DNA of 64,000 nucleotides from positions 116,975 to 180,974 of the forward strand of contig CAIMDB010000035.1 of assembly GCA_903839675.1 (NCBI GenBank), read 5' to 3'. A program made the position numbers and the translations under genes. Below, piece after piece: positions 1 to 10,586 of this stretch (position 1 is its first letter; each line of letters starts with the position of its first letter). The notes under the pieces are model-generated. The model was not told where the DNA came from and ran no database searches. It saw only the letters and a list, made by a program, of their open reading frames with translations. Source of the DNA: an uncultured Sphingomonadales bacterium (GTDB lineage Bacteria > Pseudomonadota > Alphaproteobacteria > Sphingomonadales > Sphingomonadaceae).

Positions 1-2162
1 GTCTCACCGCCCATGGCCCAGCTCAAACCTTCTTCCAGCTTGAAGGTGACGACGTCGGATAGGCCGCCATCCTTATATTTCTGAATGGTCACGCCCTGAC
101 CCCGACCCATTTCGGGCAATTCATTGAGCGGGAAGACGACGAGCTTCCGGTTATCGCCCACGGCAGCCACATAATCGTGATCGGCGCGGATCGGCCGCAC
201 AACGGAGAGCTTGGCGCCCGCACGAACGTTGACGACCTGCCGACCTTTGCGCGTTTCAGCGATGATCTCACTGCTTTTGACAACGAAGCCCTTACCGTCA
301 TTGGCGGCGAGCAAGATGCGCTCATCGGCGCGGGCGGGCAGCAGGTTCACGATCCCCACGCCATCGGGCAGGTCGATCATCAGCCGCACCGGTTCCCCGA
401 AGCCGCGGCCGCCGGGCAGCTTGTCCGCGCCGAGCGTGAAGAAGCGGCCATCTTCGGCGGCGAGCAGGATTTTGTCGGTCGTTTGGGCGTGGAAGGCGAA
501 GGCTGCGCCATCCCCTTCTTTGAACTTCAGCGCATCCGCCGCATCAAGGGCGACGTGGCCCTTCATCGCCCGCACCCAGCCGCGCTGCGACATGATGACG
601 GTGATCGGCTCGCGCTCGATCATCGCTTCGAGCGGAATTTCGCGCGCTTGGGCAGCTTCCTCAACCAGCGTGCGACGGCGGCCGATGGGCGTTTCCGGGC
701 CGTATCGCGTGCGAAGTGCCGCAAGATCTTTCTTCAAACGCGTCTTCTGCTTGGCCGGGCTTTCGAGCAGGGCGACCAGCCCTTCCCGCTCTGCCATCAG
801 CTTGTCGCGTTCGCCCTTGAGTTCCATTTCCTCAAGACGGCGTAGACTACGCAGACGCATGTTGAGAATGGCTTCCGCCTGGCGGTCGATTAGGCCAAAC
901 TCCGCCATCATGACCGGCTTGGGTTCATCTTCGGTGCGGATGATCTCAATCACGCGGTCGAGGTTGAGATAAGCAATCAGATAGCCGTCGAGCAGCTCCA
1001 ACCGGTCATCAATCTTTCCCAGCCGGTGCTGCGACCGGCGGATGAGCACTTCAATCTGGTGATCAAGCCAGGCGACCAGCACCGCCTTCAGCCCCATAAC
1101 GCGCGGTGTGCGGTCTGCCCCCAGCACATTCAGGTTGAGCGGAAACTTATTTTCCAGATCGGTCATCCGGAACAGGCTTTCCATCAGCACGTCCGGATCA
1201 ACCGTCCGGCTGCGCGGTTCGATGACGAGCCGGATTTCTTCTGCCGATTCATCGCGCACATCGGCGAGGATCGGCAGCTTCTTGTCATTCACGATCTGGG
1301 CAATCGCTTCGATCAGCTTGCCCTTTTGCACCTGATACGGGATTTCGGTGACGACAATCACCCAGGTCCCGCGGCCCAGATCTTCGACCGACCAGCGCGC
1401 GCGGACGCGGAACGAGCCGCGGCCTGTGGCATAGGCTTCTGCAATGGCCGCGGGGCTATCGACCAGCTGGCCGCCGGTGGGGAAGTCAGGGCCCTTTACG
1501 AACTCCATCAGCTCGAAGGGCTCGCAATTGGGTTTGTCGATCACATGGACGGCGGCGTCGATGATTTCGGCCACATTCTGCGGCGGAATGCTTGTCGCCA
1601 TGCCGACAGCGATGCCCGACGCGCCATTGGCCAGCAGGTTGGGGAACAGACCGGGGAAAATCTCCGGCTCTTCATCTTCGCCATTATAGGTCGGGCGGTA
1701 ATCGACAGTGCCGTCATCAAGACCTGCCATCAACTCAATGGCAGCCGGCGTCATGCGGGCTTCGGTGTAACGATAGGCCGCAGCGTTATCGCCGTCGATA
1801 TTCCCGAAATTCCCCTGACCGTCGACAAGCGGATAGCGGAGCGAGAAACTCTGAGCGAGGCGGACCATCGCGTCATAGACGCTGGCATCGCCGTGCGGGT
1901 GATATTTACCGATGACGTCACCGACGACGCGCGCGGATTTCTTATAGCCCCCCGTCGGATCCAGCTTCAGCTGGCGCATCGCCCAGAGCAGGCGACGATG
2001 AACCGGCTTCAGCCCGTCGCGCAGATCGGGCAGCGAACGGGCGGTGATCGTGGACAGCGCATAGACCAGATAGCGTTCCGACAACGCAGCATCGAACGGC
2101 GCATCGACAATCGAGTCGAACGGGTCGTCAGAGCCTGCGGGCGGGTCGATCACATCAGCCAT
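1..2162 (-). CDS. parC: DNA topoisomerase IV subunit A (3' end runs off window start)
   Basis: Not in ORF track (no stop in window). Manual translation from ATG at 2162: MADVIDPP...[37 protein letters not shown]...[19 protein letters not shown]...[26 protein letters not shown] and [10 protein letters not shown] are ParC-type rather than GyrA-type. Confidence 0.93.
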   Translation of the reverse strand, partial: MADVIDPPAGSDDPFDSIVDAPFDAALSERYLVYALSTITARSLPDLRDGLKPVHRRLLWAMRQLKLDPTGGYKKSARVVGDVIGKYHPHGDASVYDAMVRLAQSFSLRYPLVDGQGNFGNIDGDNAAAYRYTEARMTPAAIELMAGLDDGTVDYRPTYNGEDEEPEIFPGLFPNLLANGASGIAVGMATSIPPQNVAEIIDAAVHVIDKPNCEPFELMEFVKGPDFPTGGQLVDSPAAIAEAYATGRGSFRVRARWSVEDLGRGTWVIVVTEIPYQVQKGKLIEAIAQIVNDKKLPILADVRDESAEEIRLVIEPRSRTVDPDVLMESLFRMTDLENKFPLNLNVLGADRTPRVMGLKAVLVAWLDHQIEVLIRRSQHRLGKIDDRLELLDGYLIAYLNLDRVIEIIRTEDEPKPVMMAEFGLIDRQAEAILNMRLRSLRRLEEMELKGERDKLMAEREGLVALLESPAKQKTRLKKDLAALRTRYGPETPIGRRRTLVEEAAQAREIPLEAMIEREPITVIMSQRGWVRAMKGHVALDAADALKFKEGDGAAFAFHAQTTDKILLAAEDGRFFTLGADKLPGGRGFGEPVRLMIDLPDGVGIVNLLPARADERILLAANDGKGFVVKSSEIIAETRKGRQVVNVRAGAKLSVVRPIRADHDYVAAVGDNRKLVVFPLNELPEMGRGQGVTIQKYKDGGLSDVVTFKLEEGLSWAMGGE

Positions 2163-2202
2163 GGGACGCGCCTAGACGATTGCAACCTGCTTGGGAATCA
2201 CA

Positions 2203-3081
2203 TCAGCCCGCTTTGGGCCGACGGATCAAACCTTCTTGTGCACAAGTGGCCACAAGGCGGCCATCACGGGTATAGATCGACCCGCGATTAAAGCCACGAC
2301 CGCGCGCGGCCCAAGGGCTGTCGCAATGGTAGAGCAACCAATCATTGACGTTCACGTCGTCATGAATCCACACCGCATGGTCCAAGCTCGCGGACATGAA
2401 GCCCGGCGTTACCCACGTCACACCGTGCGGAAGCGTGCTGGTGCCCAGCAGATAGCTGTCGCTGGCATAGGCCAGGATGGCGCGGTGCATGCCCGGCGCG
2501 GCATCAATTGGAGCCGCCAGGCGGAACCAGATACTCTGCACCGCCGGATCGCGCTTTTCGGTCCCCAACCAATCGCGCGGATCCACTGGGCGATATTCAA
2601 TGGGCCGTGCTTGGGTGAAACGTTCCCGCGATTCTTCCGGGATGGTTTCTGCAAAGCGCTGCCGAAGCTCAGCTTCATTCGCCAAGTTCTCCGGCCCTAC
2701 CACGTCCGGCATGGCGTCCTGATGTTCGTAGCTTTCCTCCAGCTTCTGGAAGGAGCAGGCAAGGTTGAGGATCGGTTTGTCCTGCTGAAGCGCGATCACA
2801 CGGCGGGTCGAAAAACTGCCGCCGTCAAAATCGCGTTCTACCCGATAGGTGATTTCAAAATCTTCGCTTCCGGCCCGCATGAAATAGGCGTGGAGCGAAT
2901 GGGCGATCCGTTCGGGCGACACCGTGTCCTGCGCGGCCATCAGGGCCTGCGCAATCACCTGCCCGCCAAAGACACGGCCGACGCCGCCGGGCTTGCGCTT
3001 TCCAAGATACCAGCCATCGCCCATGCGCTGGACGGTGAGGAGCGTGGTCAGGTCGGAAACAAGTTGCTGAGGATCAGTCAT
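2203..3081 (-). CDS. tesB: Acyl-CoA thioesterase II (TesB family)
   Basis: RVFGGQVIAQAL, HSLHAYF, ASLDHAVWIH, AQEGLIR motifs; start trimmed to MTDPQQLV. Confidence 0.9.
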   Translation of the reverse strand: MTDPQQLVSDLTTLLTVQRMGDGWYLGKRKPGGVGRVFGGQVIAQALMAAQDTVSPERIAHSLHAYFMRAGSEDFEITYRVERDFDGGSFSTRRVIALQQDKPILNLACSFQKLEESYEHQDAMPDVVGPENLANEAELRQRFAETIPEESRERFTQARPIEYRPVDPRDWLGTEKRDPAVQSIWFRLAAPIDAAPGMHRAILAYASDSYLLGTSTLPHGVTWVTPGFMSASLDHAVWIHDDVNVNDWLLYHCDSPWAARGRGFNRGSIYTRDGRLVATCAQEGLIRRPKAG

Positions 3082-3139
3082 GACCGGCCGTTTGCAGCGC
3101 CTTTCGGGCAAAAGCAATGGCGCATCGGATTACGTTACG

Positions 3140-3628
3140 TCAGGCTTGGCGGGGGCCTGTCGGCGCTGGACGGGCCTTGCGCGCATAGCGGATTGTCGCG
3201 CCGACAATAGCGAAACCACCCAGCATCTGCGCCCACGCCGCAGGCTCCGGCACGCCGGCCAACGGTCGGAACGCATAAGCAGGGCCGGACGACAATGAGG
3301 CCAATTGCGGCTTTGACGGCGCGGACGGTTCCTCCAGCGAGATCTTGACGGGTTCAGCCTCTGCCGCGCTCACCTTGATCGGCTGAGTCCCGAGCACCAC
3401 CGGAATGGGGTCCGCACAAACCGGAACTGCCTGCGCTGTCTGTGCGACGGGCTTGCGAAGCGCGAGGCGCGCCCGCTTCGGCTGTTTGGCCTGCTTAGGG
3501 GCCGTTGCTGAATGGACTGCCTTACGAACAGAGGGAACCTGCGTGGTCACAACCGCCGTTCCGACAACCGGACAGATGCACAAAGCGGCCGCTTTTGCGG
3601 CCTTAGATGCTGCTACGCTACCGAGCAC
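3140..3628 (-). CDS. Small PEPxxWA-CTERM sorting-signal protein
   Basis: C-terminus VPEPAAWAQMLGGFAIVGATIRYARK (PEP motif, TM helix, basic tail); N-terminal signal-like segment; GTG start after GGGGG chosen by eye. Confidence 0.8.
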   Translation of the reverse strand: MLGSVAASKAAKAAALCICPVVGTAVVTTQVPSVRKAVHSATAPKQAKQPKRARLALRKPVAQTAQAVPVCADPIPVVLGTQPIKVSAAEAEPVKISLEEPSAPSKPQLASLSSGPAYAFRPLAGVPEPAAWAQMLGGFAIVGATIRYARKARPAPTGPRQA

Positions 3629-3786
3629 TTTTACCCCCTGACGAGCTGAGTACGGGACCTCCCGCACCAACGCCCGTACTCATAACCAGATCGAATATTA
3701 ATCGTTCCGAAACGGTAGTGTCATTTTTCAGATCGGCAAAGCAGGAAAGCCAAAAGCGTCGATAAATTCGTAATGAATATCAAAGG

Positions 3787-4590
3787 TTACCGGATGGGAA
3801 CGGTTGGCAAAACAGGCGGCGTCTGCACGGTGGGCGCCCGCCGCGCTGTCAGAATTTTGAACGTCGGCGCCAGCATCTGGCCCTTCATATGCCCCTCACC
3901 GAGCGTGGGAGACGTCGGAGCCGCATGAATTTTCCGGACAACATCCATCCCATCCACCACATATCCAAACACGGCATAGCCGGCATTGTCGCCGGGCTGA
4001 GACGGGTCCGCGTCCAGCGCAGGCAGCGGACTGACCAAGATAGAGAAATCGCCTGTCGCCGTGCCGGGTGCCCAGCGCGCCATGGAAAGCGCCCCTGTCA
4101 GATGCTTGAGGCCGGTCTTGGTTGTCGGTTCGTGCGCGACAGGCTTCAGGATACGCTTGGGGTCATTCTGCGTGCCACCTTGAATAAGGCCTTGCCCATT
4201 GCCCGCCTCATCCGTGCCCAGCCGCATCGCGCGGTAAAATACAGTGCCGTCAAAGCGGCGCTGGTCAACATAGCGCAGGAAGTTAGCAGCGGTCAGCGGC
4301 GCGTGCTCCCGGTCGACCTCGACGGTGATGTTGCCCTGCGATGTCGCAAGAATGACCCTCACTTTGGGGGCGGTATCGACCGGCTGGGGCGCGACGGGAC
4401 GTGGCGCGGATTTGCGCTTCTGAGCGGCCTCCGCCGGGGCAAAGGCCATCACCAGCGCGACAAGCATGGCGGCCTTCAAAAGACATAGGCCCAAGATCTG
4501 CAAAAAAGGGGGGACCCGCTTTTGCGCGGCTCCCAGCCGCGCGGCTGTGGAGGCAAAGGAGGCGGTGAGATTCTTCATATGCATGAACAT
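3787..4590 (-). CDS. Cyclophilin-type peptidyl-prolyl cis-trans isomerase, exported
   Basis: HAPLTAANFLRYV, FDGTVFYR, IQGG, GALSMAR, GYAVFGYVVDGMDVV; hydrophobic signal-like segment upstream; start uncertain (4590 or 4467). Confidence 0.88.
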   Translation of the reverse strand: MFMHMKNLTASFASTAARLGAAQKRVPPFLQILGLCLLKAAMLVALVMAFAPAEAAQKRKSAPRPVAPQPVDTAPKVRVILATSQGNITVEVDREHAPLTAANFLRYVDQRRFDGTVFYRAMRLGTDEAGNGQGLIQGGTQNDPKRILKPVAHEPTTKTGLKHLTGALSMARWAPGTATGDFSILVSPLPALDADPSQPGDNAGYAVFGYVVDGMDVVRKIHAAPTSPTLGEGHMKGQMLAPTFKILTARRAPTVQTPPVLPTVPIR

Positions 4591-4706
4591 GCCTTGTCTG
4601 CCTTGCTGTAGGAAAGTGAAAAATGCGTCGCTGCGACAATGGAGACAGATAGCCCTGCCATCCCCGCTGCCTTGACGCTGCCCACCTGCCCGCCCATGGC
4701 GCGGAG

Positions 4707-5615
4707 ATGACATCCTCCGCCAAAACCCCGAAAAGTGGCCTGCCCTTTGCACTCGGTGCTTACGCCATCTGGGGGGCGATGCCGATCTACATCAAGCTTC
4801 TTGGCGCGCTGTCTGCCTTTGAAGTGCTGGCGCATCGCATCTTATGGTCTCTGCCGGTCGCTCTTGCCTGCGTGTTCGGGCTCAAACAATGGAATGATTA
4901 TCGTGCGGCGATGACGCAGCCGCGCCTTTTGGGTGTCATGTTGCTGAGCTCTGCGCTCATTTCGATCAACTGGACTGTCTATATGTGGGCGGTGATGCAC
5001 CAGCAGGTGCTGGCCACCAGTCTGGGTTATTATCTCAACCCGCTCGTCAACGTCCTGTTGGGCCGTATCGTGTTAAAGGAACGGCTGAACCGCCCACAGG
5101 CGCTTGCCGTGGGCGTGGCGGCCACCGGCGTCGGCATCATGCTATTTCAGGAACCCGGCGCCATCTGGATCAGCCTGACACTGGCGCTCAGTTTCGGGAG
5201 CTATGGTCTCGTCCGCAAGATGGCCCCTGTATCGGCTGTGCCGGGACTGGCCGTGGAAGTCACTTTGCTTGCCCCGCTTGCGTGTCTGGCTCTGGCCGGT
5301 GGGCTGGCGAGCGAGGGCGGTTTTGGCAGCTCGACCGACACCAACCTGTTGCTGATGGGCAGCGGGCTTGTCACCGCCATTCCGCTCCTGATGTTCGCCA
5401 CCGCCGCACGGCGGATGAGCTACACCGCGCTCGGCTTTGTCCAATATATGTCGCCGACCATCGTGTTCTTCCTCAGCATCTTTGTGTGGAATGAGCCGAT
5501 CAACGCCGCCCGCCTCGCCTGCTTCGCGCTGATCTGGACCGCCATTGCCATCTTCAGCATTGATGCTTTGCACCGTGCGCGCAAACCTGCGGTGGAGACT
5601 GTCGCACTGGATTGA
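4707..5615 (+). CDS. rarD: EamA/DMT family transporter RarD
   Basis: AYAIWGAMPIY, EVLAHRILWS, SLGYYLNPLVNVLLG, LGFVQYMSPT; about 10 TM segments. Confidence 0.9.
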   Translation: MTSSAKTPKSGLPFALGAYAIWGAMPIYIKLLGALSAFEVLAHRILWSLPVALACVFGLKQWNDYRAAMTQPRLLGVMLLSSALISINWTVYMWAVMHQQVLATSLGYYLNPLVNVLLGRIVLKERLNRPQALAVGVAATGVGIMLFQEPGAIWISLTLALSFGSYGLVRKMAPVSAVPGLAVEVTLLAPLACLALAGGLASEGGFGSSTDTNLLLMGSGLVTAIPLLMFATAARRMSYTALGFVQYMSPTIVFFLSIFVWNEPINAARLACFALIWTAIAIFSIDALHRARKPAVETVALD

Positions 5616-5656
5616 ACGTACGAAGGGTTCACGTATTTGGGCCCTTGCCCCTCCCC

Positions 5657-5772
5657 CGTTTGGGCTGAGCCTGTCGAAGCCCCGTCCTGCCTTTGGTTAG
5701 AGGGTGGGCGTTGTTCTCCTCCGAGATCAACGCTCAGGAAGGACGGCCCTTCGACAAGCTCAGGGCGCCCGG
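5657..5772. repeat. REP-like intergenic palindromic repeat (CTGAGCYTGTCGAAG...CTTCGACAAGCTCAG family)
   Basis: Arms ctgagcctgtcgaagccccgtcct (5665-5688) and aggacggcccttcgacaagctcag (5740-5763) are near-perfect reverse complements; same core recurs at 50112-50201; lies between convergent rarD and pnp. Confidence 0.8.
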
Positions 5773-5802
5773 TTTCTTTGGCGCGTTATTAGAGAACCCA
5801 AC

Positions 5803-5835
5803 AAAAAAGGGGCCGCATTTCTGCGACCCCTCTTT
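5803..5835 (-). terminator. Rho-independent terminator of pnp
   Basis: GGGGTCGCAG-AAA-TGCGGCCCC hairpin followed by T-run on minus strand, about 30 nt after the pnp stop. Confidence 0.75.
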
Positions 5836-5861
5836 GTGTTCGTTGCTAAAAAGCAGGACGA

Positions 5862-8177
5862 TCAGTCGTCGCTCTTCAGGAACGCAGGCATGTGATCGGG
5901 GTTGCCCCCTTCATTGCCTTCCGAGCTTTCCCGACGTGGGCCACGATCACCGCCGCGTCCGCCACCAGGGCCACGCTTGCGATCACCGCCACCGCCGTCA
6001 CGACGGGGACCACGATCACCGCGGTCGCCACGATCAGCGCGGGGTTCGCGCGGTTCGCGGGCCGGACGGGTGTCTTCGAGTTCCGCACCGGTTTCCTGAT
6101 CGACGACGCGCATCGACAGGCGAACCTTGCCGCGCGGATCGATTTCGAGGACCTTGACCTTCACGGCCTGACCTTCGGAAACGACATCAGTCGGCTTTTC
6201 GACGCGTTCGTTGCGCATTTCGGACACGTGGACGAGACCGTCCTTGCCACCCATGAAGTTCACGAAAGCACCGAAATCAACGATGTTGACGACCTTGCCG
6301 TCATAGACCTTGCCGACTTCAGCTTCCTCAACGATGCCGAGGATCCACTTCTTGGCGGCTTCGATCTGATCGATGTCCGACGACGAGATCTTGATCACGC
6401 CTTCATCATCAATGTCGACCTTGGCGCCTGTGGTGGCGACAATTTCGCGGATGACCTTGCCGCCCGTACCGATGATGTCACGGATCTTCGACTTGTCGAT
6501 CGTGATCGTTTCGATGCGCGGAGCATGTGCCGAAAGTTCGCTGCGGACTTCGTTCAGTGCCTTCGCCATTTCGCCAAGGATGTGCGCGCGGCCTTCCTTC
6601 GCCTGGGCCAGAGCCTTTTCGAAGATTTCCTTCGTGATGCCGGCAATCTTGATGTCCATCTGCATCGTGGTGATGCCTTCGGACGTGCCGGCGACCTTGA
6701 AGTCCATGTCGCCCAGATGATCTTCATCACCCAGAATGTCGGACAGGATCGCGAAATCCTTGCCTTCGAGGATGAGACCCATGGCGATACCGGAAACGGG
6801 GCGCTTGATCGGCACACCGGCATCCATCATCGCAAGCGAGCCGCCGCAGACCGATGCCATCGACGACGAGCCGTTGGACTCGGTGATGTCGCTGGTCAGG
6901 CGGATCGTATAGGGGAACTCTTCCTTGGTCGGCAGCACAGGGTGAAGCGCGCGCCAGGCGAGCTTACCATGGCCGATTTCACGACGACCCGGCGCGCCGA
7001 AGCGGCCGACTTCACCGACCGAATAGGGCGGGAAGTTGTAGTGCAGCATGAAGTTTTCGTAGCGCAGGCCACCAAGACCATCGATCATCTGCTCTGCGTC
7101 CTTGGTGCCCAAGGTGCAGGTCGCGATCGTCTGGGTTTCCCCACGCGTGAACAAAGCAGAGCCATGCGCGCGCGGCAGGAAGTGCGTTTCACCGACGATG
7201 GGACGGATCTGCGTGGTGGTGCGGCCGTCGATGCGGGTGCCGTCCTTGAGGATGGCGCCACGGACGATTTCCGCTTCTAGCTTCTTCATCAGCTTCTGCG
7301 CGGCCATCTGGTCCTGCGGAGTGGCGTCAGCGAAAGCGTCCTTGGCCTTACCACGTGCTTCGTTGAGCGCGTTGGCACGGGCCGACTTGTCGGTCAGCTT
7401 GTAGGCCGCGGCAATGTCTTTGCCGATCAGCTTCTTGAGCTTGTCCTTGGCAGCACCGAGATCAGCCTGAGCTGGCATGTCCCAAGGTTCCTTGGCAGCC
7501 TGTTCAGCGAGCTTCACGATCGCCTTGATGACATCGCGGCAGCCATCATGCGCAAACAGAACGGCACCGAGCATGATTTCTTCCGAAAGCTCATTGGCTT
7601 CGGATTCCACCATCATCACGGCGTCGTAAGTGGCCGCGACGACGAGGTCGAGATCACCTTCGGCAACCTGTTCGTCGGTCGGGTTCAGGATGTATTCGCC
7701 GTTGAGGTACGTCACGCGTGCGCAGCCGATGGGGCCCATGAAAGGCACGCCCGACAGCGTCATCGCAGCCGACGCAGCAACCATCGCCAGAATGTCAGGC
7801 TCATTTTCGCCATCATAGGAAAGCACCTGCGCGATGCAGTTGATTTCGTTGTAGAAACCTTCTGGGAACAGCGGACGGATCGGACGGTCGATCAGGCGGG
7901 AAACCAGCGTTTCCTTTTCCGTCGCGCCACGTTCACGCTTGAAGAAGCCACCGGGAATACGGCCGGCAGCCGAATACTTTTCCTGATAGTTGACGGTGAG
8001 CGGGAAGAAGTCCTGCCCTTCCTTCACCTTCTTTGCGGCCGTAACGGCGCACAGGACAACAGTTTCGCCGAGGGTCGCGATGACCGCGCCGTCGGCTTGA
8101 CGGGCAACCTTGCCCGTTTCGAGTGTCAGGGTTTGTCCGCCCCACTCGATGGATACAGTTTTCGTGTTGAACATCAT
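5862..8177 (-). CDS. pnp: Polyribonucleotide nucleotidyltransferase (PNPase)
   Basis: [50 protein letters not shown] and S1 domains, Arg/Gly/Asp-rich tail. Confidence 0.98.
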   Translation of the reverse strand: MMFNTKTVSIEWGGQTLTLETGKVARQADGAVIATLGETVVLCAVTAAKKVKEGQDFFPLTVNYQEKYSAAGRIPGGFFKRERGATEKETLVSRLIDRPIRPLFPEGFYNEINCIAQVLSYDGENEPDILAMVAASAAMTLSGVPFMGPIGCARVTYLNGEYILNPTDEQVAEGDLDLVVAATYDAVMMVESEANELSEEIMLGAVLFAHDGCRDVIKAIVKLAEQAAKEPWDMPAQADLGAAKDKLKKLIGKDIAAAYKLTDKSARANALNEARGKAKDAFADATPQDQMAAQKLMKKLEAEIVRGAILKDGTRIDGRTTTQIRPIVGETHFLPRAHGSALFTRGETQTIATCTLGTKDAEQMIDGLGGLRYENFMLHYNFPPYSVGEVGRFGAPGRREIGHGKLAWRALHPVLPTKEEFPYTIRLTSDITESNGSSSMASVCGGSLAMMDAGVPIKRPVSGIAMGLILEGKDFAILSDILGDEDHLGDMDFKVAGTSEGITTMQMDIKIAGITKEIFEKALAQAKEGRAHILGEMAKALNEVRSELSAHAPRIETITIDKSKIRDIIGTGGKVIREIVATTGAKVDIDDEGVIKISSSDIDQIEAAKKWILGIVEEAEVGKVYDGKVVNIVDFGAFVNFMGGKDGLVHVSEMRNERVEKPTDVVSEGQAVKVKVLEIDPRGKVRLSMRVVDQETGAELEDTRPAREPREPRADRGDRGDRGPRRDGGGGDRKRGPGGGRGGDRGPRRESSEGNEGGNPDHMPAFLKSDD

Positions 8178-8305
8178 TTTTCCTTCAAACCGGCGGCCCT
8201 ATGCCTGCCGGCTTCCTTCAAATGCGGACATCTGGTCCGCGCAACCGCACCTGTCACCGAATTGCGGCAGGCCGGAATAAACTCCGGAAAAGTCTTCCGG
8301 ATGTC

Positions 8306-8329
8306 AAAAGGGCGCCCGGAGGCGCCCTT
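8306..8329 (-). terminator. Terminator/hairpin after rpsO
   Basis: AAGGGCGCC-TCCG-GGCGCCCTT followed by TT on minus strand, immediately after the rpsO stop. Confidence 0.7.
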
Positions 8330-8333
8330 CCAA

Positions 8334-8603
8334 TTACTTGCGAAGGCCGAGCTTCGCGATGAGCGCCAGATAGCGCTCCTGATCAATCTTCTTCAGATAG
8401 CTGAGCAGCGAACGGCGGGTATTGACCAGCGTCAGCAGGCCGCGACGCGAGTGGTTATCCTTCGCGTGCGTCTTGAAGTGCTCGGTCAGGTTGATGATGC
8501 GCTCGGTCAGGATCGCGACCTGGACTTCGGGAGACCCCGTGTCGCCTTCGGTGCGGGCGTGTTCCTTGATGAGTTCGGCTTTGCGCTCAGTGGTAATCGT
8601 CAT
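8334..8603 (-). CDS. rpsO: 30S ribosomal protein S15
   Basis: [37 protein letters not shown]; 89 aa; between truB and pnp. Confidence 0.98.
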   Translation of the reverse strand: MTITTERKAELIKEHARTEGDTGSPEVQVAILTERIINLTEHFKTHAKDNHSRRGLLTLVNTRRSLLSYLKKIDQERYLALIAKLGLRK

Positions 8604-8630
8604 GTCTTCATTTCCTTCGACATCGGGCTT

Positions 8631-9614
8631 TTAGAGGTTGAAGCCGCGTTCCACCGTGACGGTGCCCTGTTGCACATCCACCAGCGCGACGGGCACTTCG
8701 GCCAGCGTTGCAAGATGAAGGCCGTCGGGTGCGGCAACCCCGGAAAGGACACGCCCCTGACGGAGCGCTGCGGCCTGACCGGCTTCGAGAGCAAGCGCCG
8801 GGATGTCGTCCAGCGCTGTTCTCAATGGCAATACAAGCTCGCCAAGGGTGCGGGCCTTAGCGTTTTCGTCCAGTTTGTCCAGCGAAATCGCGCCTTCGAG
8901 GCCAAACGGCCCTGCCTGCACACGGCGGAGCATGGTGACATGGCCGAACGTGCCGAGTGCCAAGGCAATATCGCGGGCGAGGCTGCGAATGTAGGTGCCT
9001 TTGGAGACATAGGCTGTGAGGGTGATCTCCTCAATAAGCCCCTCCCCTTCAGGGGAGGGGTTGGGGTGGGGCCTGTCCACGTTGACGCCTGCCCCGACGA
9101 CCCCTCCCCTAAAGGAGAGGGGCTCGTGAATTTGGAGAGAATGGATCACCACATCCCGCCCGGCGAGGACAACGTCTTCGCCCGCTCTGGCCAGATCATA
9201 GGCGCGTTTGCCGTCCACCTTCAGCGCCGAGAAGGCAGGCGGGATTTGCGTGATCGGCCCGGTGAACTCGGGCAGCTTCGCCTCGATTTCGGCCAATGTT
9301 GGCCTGACGTCGCTCTGCGCAATGACCTGACCCTCCAAATCGAGGCTATCGGTTTGCGCGCCAAAGGTGATGGTGAAGTCATAGACCTTCGACGCATCAA
9401 GCATCCGACCGGCGAGTTTGGTCGCCTCGCCCAGCGCAACAGGCAGGATGCCGGTCGCGAGCGGATCAAGTGTGCCGCCATGGCCAACCTTGACCTTGGC
9501 ATAGCCGCCTTCCCGCAGGGCACGCTTCACCCAGGAAACGACATTGGTGGACCCCATGCCGAGCGGCTTGTCGATCACGATCCAGCCATGGAGCGCGTCT
9601 GGCGCGTCAGCCAC
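8631..9614 (-). CDS. truB: tRNA pseudouridine(55) synthase TruB with a ~30-aa repeat-derived insertion
   Basis: KVGHGGTLDPLATG, SKGTYIRSLARD; GTG start overlaps tdk stop; insertion EPLSFRGG...PHPNPSPEGEGL before ITLTAYVSKG. Confidence 0.95.
   Translation of the reverse strand: MADAPDALHGWIVIDKPLGMGSTNVVSWVKRALREGGYAKVKVGHGGTLDPLATGILPVALGEATKLAGRMLDASKVYDFTITFGAQTDSLDLEGQVIAQSDVRPTLAEIEAKLPEFTGPITQIPPAFSALKVDGKRAYDLARAGEDVVLAGRDVVIHSLQIHEPLSFRGGVVGAGVNVDRPHPNPSPEGEGLIEEITLTAYVSKGTYIRSLARDIALALGTFGHVTMLRRVQAGPFGLEGAISLDKLDENAKARTLGELVLPLRTALDDIPALALEAGQAAALRQGRVLSGVAAPDGLHLATLAEVPVALVDVQQGTVTVERGFNL
9037..9124. repeat. 88-bp palindromic (MITE/REP-like) element inside truB coding sequence
   Basis: 25-nt terminal inverted repeats with 23/25 identity (agcccctccccttcaggggaggggt vs rc of acccctcccctaaaggagaggggct), each arm itself a CCCCTCCCC-N-GGGGAGGGG hairpin. 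Confidence 0.85.
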
Positions 9615-10185
9615 GGACCTTTTCCATGAAATGCTTGCGGCACAGCGCGACATAGCGGTCATTGCCGCCAATCTCTGTCTGCGCACCTTCCTTGACGGCG
9701 TTGCCCGCCGCATCGACGCGCAGGTTCATGGTCGCCTTGCGCCCGCATTCGCACACGGCCTTCAGTTCAACCAGCGTATCGGCAATGCCAAGCAGTGCCG
9801 CTGAACCCGGAAAGAGCTCCGCCTGAAAATCGGTGCGCAGACCATAGGCCACCACAGGAATGTTCGCCTCATCGGCCAACCGGGCGAGCTGGAGCACCTG
9901 CTCCCGCGTCAGGAACTGCGCTTCATCGAGCAACAGGCAGGCGATGGGGCGGGTTGCGTTCTCAGCGGTCACTTCGGCCCAAAGATCCGTATCGGGCGTG
10001 AATTTATGCGCGTCCGCCTGCAGACCGATACGGCTGGTGATGACGCCGGCATCATAGCGGTCGTCCAGCGCTGCGGTCCACAGCAGCGTTTCCATGCCGC
10101 GTTCGCGATAATTGAAATCGGCCTGCAGCAGCGTGGTCGATTTCCCGGCATTCATGCTGGCATAGTAGAAATAGAGCTTGGCCAT
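9607..10185 (-). CDS. tdk: Thymidine kinase (TK1 type)
   Basis: YYASMNAGKSTTLLQ, LLDEAQFL, YGLRTDF, zinc Cys motifs CECG and LCRKH. Confidence 0.95.
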   Translation of the reverse strand: MAKLYFYYASMNAGKSTTLLQADFNYRERGMETLLWTAALDDRYDAGVITSRIGLQADAHKFTPDTDLWAEVTAENATRPIACLLLDEAQFLTREQVLQLARLADEANIPVVAYGLRTDFQAELFPGSAALLGIADTLVELKAVCECGRKATMNLRVDAAGNAVKEGAQTEIGGNDRYVALCRKHFMEKVRG

Positions 10186-10574
10186 TACTCGTCGCTGGTC
10201 AGGTCCTGCGCCACTTTGGGCGCGCGCAGCAGCGTGTCGATATGGGTACCTTCATCAAAGCTCTCATCAGCGAGAAACTTCAGCTTTGCGGCATATTTCT
10301 GCTGCACGCGTGACGCGACTTCGCGCTGGAGATAGGCCGTGTTGGTCCGCAGCGCCTTCAGCACAGCTGCCTCATCCTTGCCGAGCAGCGGCTTGATGAA
10401 CACCGTTGCGTGACGCAGATCAGGTGACATGCGCACTTCGGTGACGGAGACGGGGTGCTTTGCCAGCAATTCGTCATGCACGTCACCGCGCATCAGGATT
10501 TCGGAAAGCACATGGCGCACCTGCTCCCCCACGCGGAGGACGCGGACAGACCGGGTTTCGTCAGTATTGGTCAT
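10185..10574 (-). CDS. rbfA: Ribosome-binding factor A
   Basis: [28 protein letters not shown]; directly after infB. Confidence 0.96.
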   Translation of the reverse strand: MTNTDETRSVRVLRVGEQVRHVLSEILMRGDVHDELLAKHPVSVTEVRMSPDLRHATVFIKPLLGKDEAAVLKALRTNTAYLQREVASRVQQKYAAKLKFLADESFDEGTHIDTLLRAPKVAQDLTSDE

Positions 10575-10586
10575 AACGGTCTCCGC

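Noticed and set aside
2149-2208. 12-bp direct repeat ATCACATCAGCC at the parC start and the tesB stop, 48 bp apart
   Set aside because: Both copies lie in coding ends, nothing mobile lies between them, and one such match in 64 kb is plausible by chance.
177-2291. Long plus-strand ORFs (222, 253, 421 aa) at the window start
   Set aside because: They are antisense shadows of parC, which the ORF track misses because its stop is outside the window.
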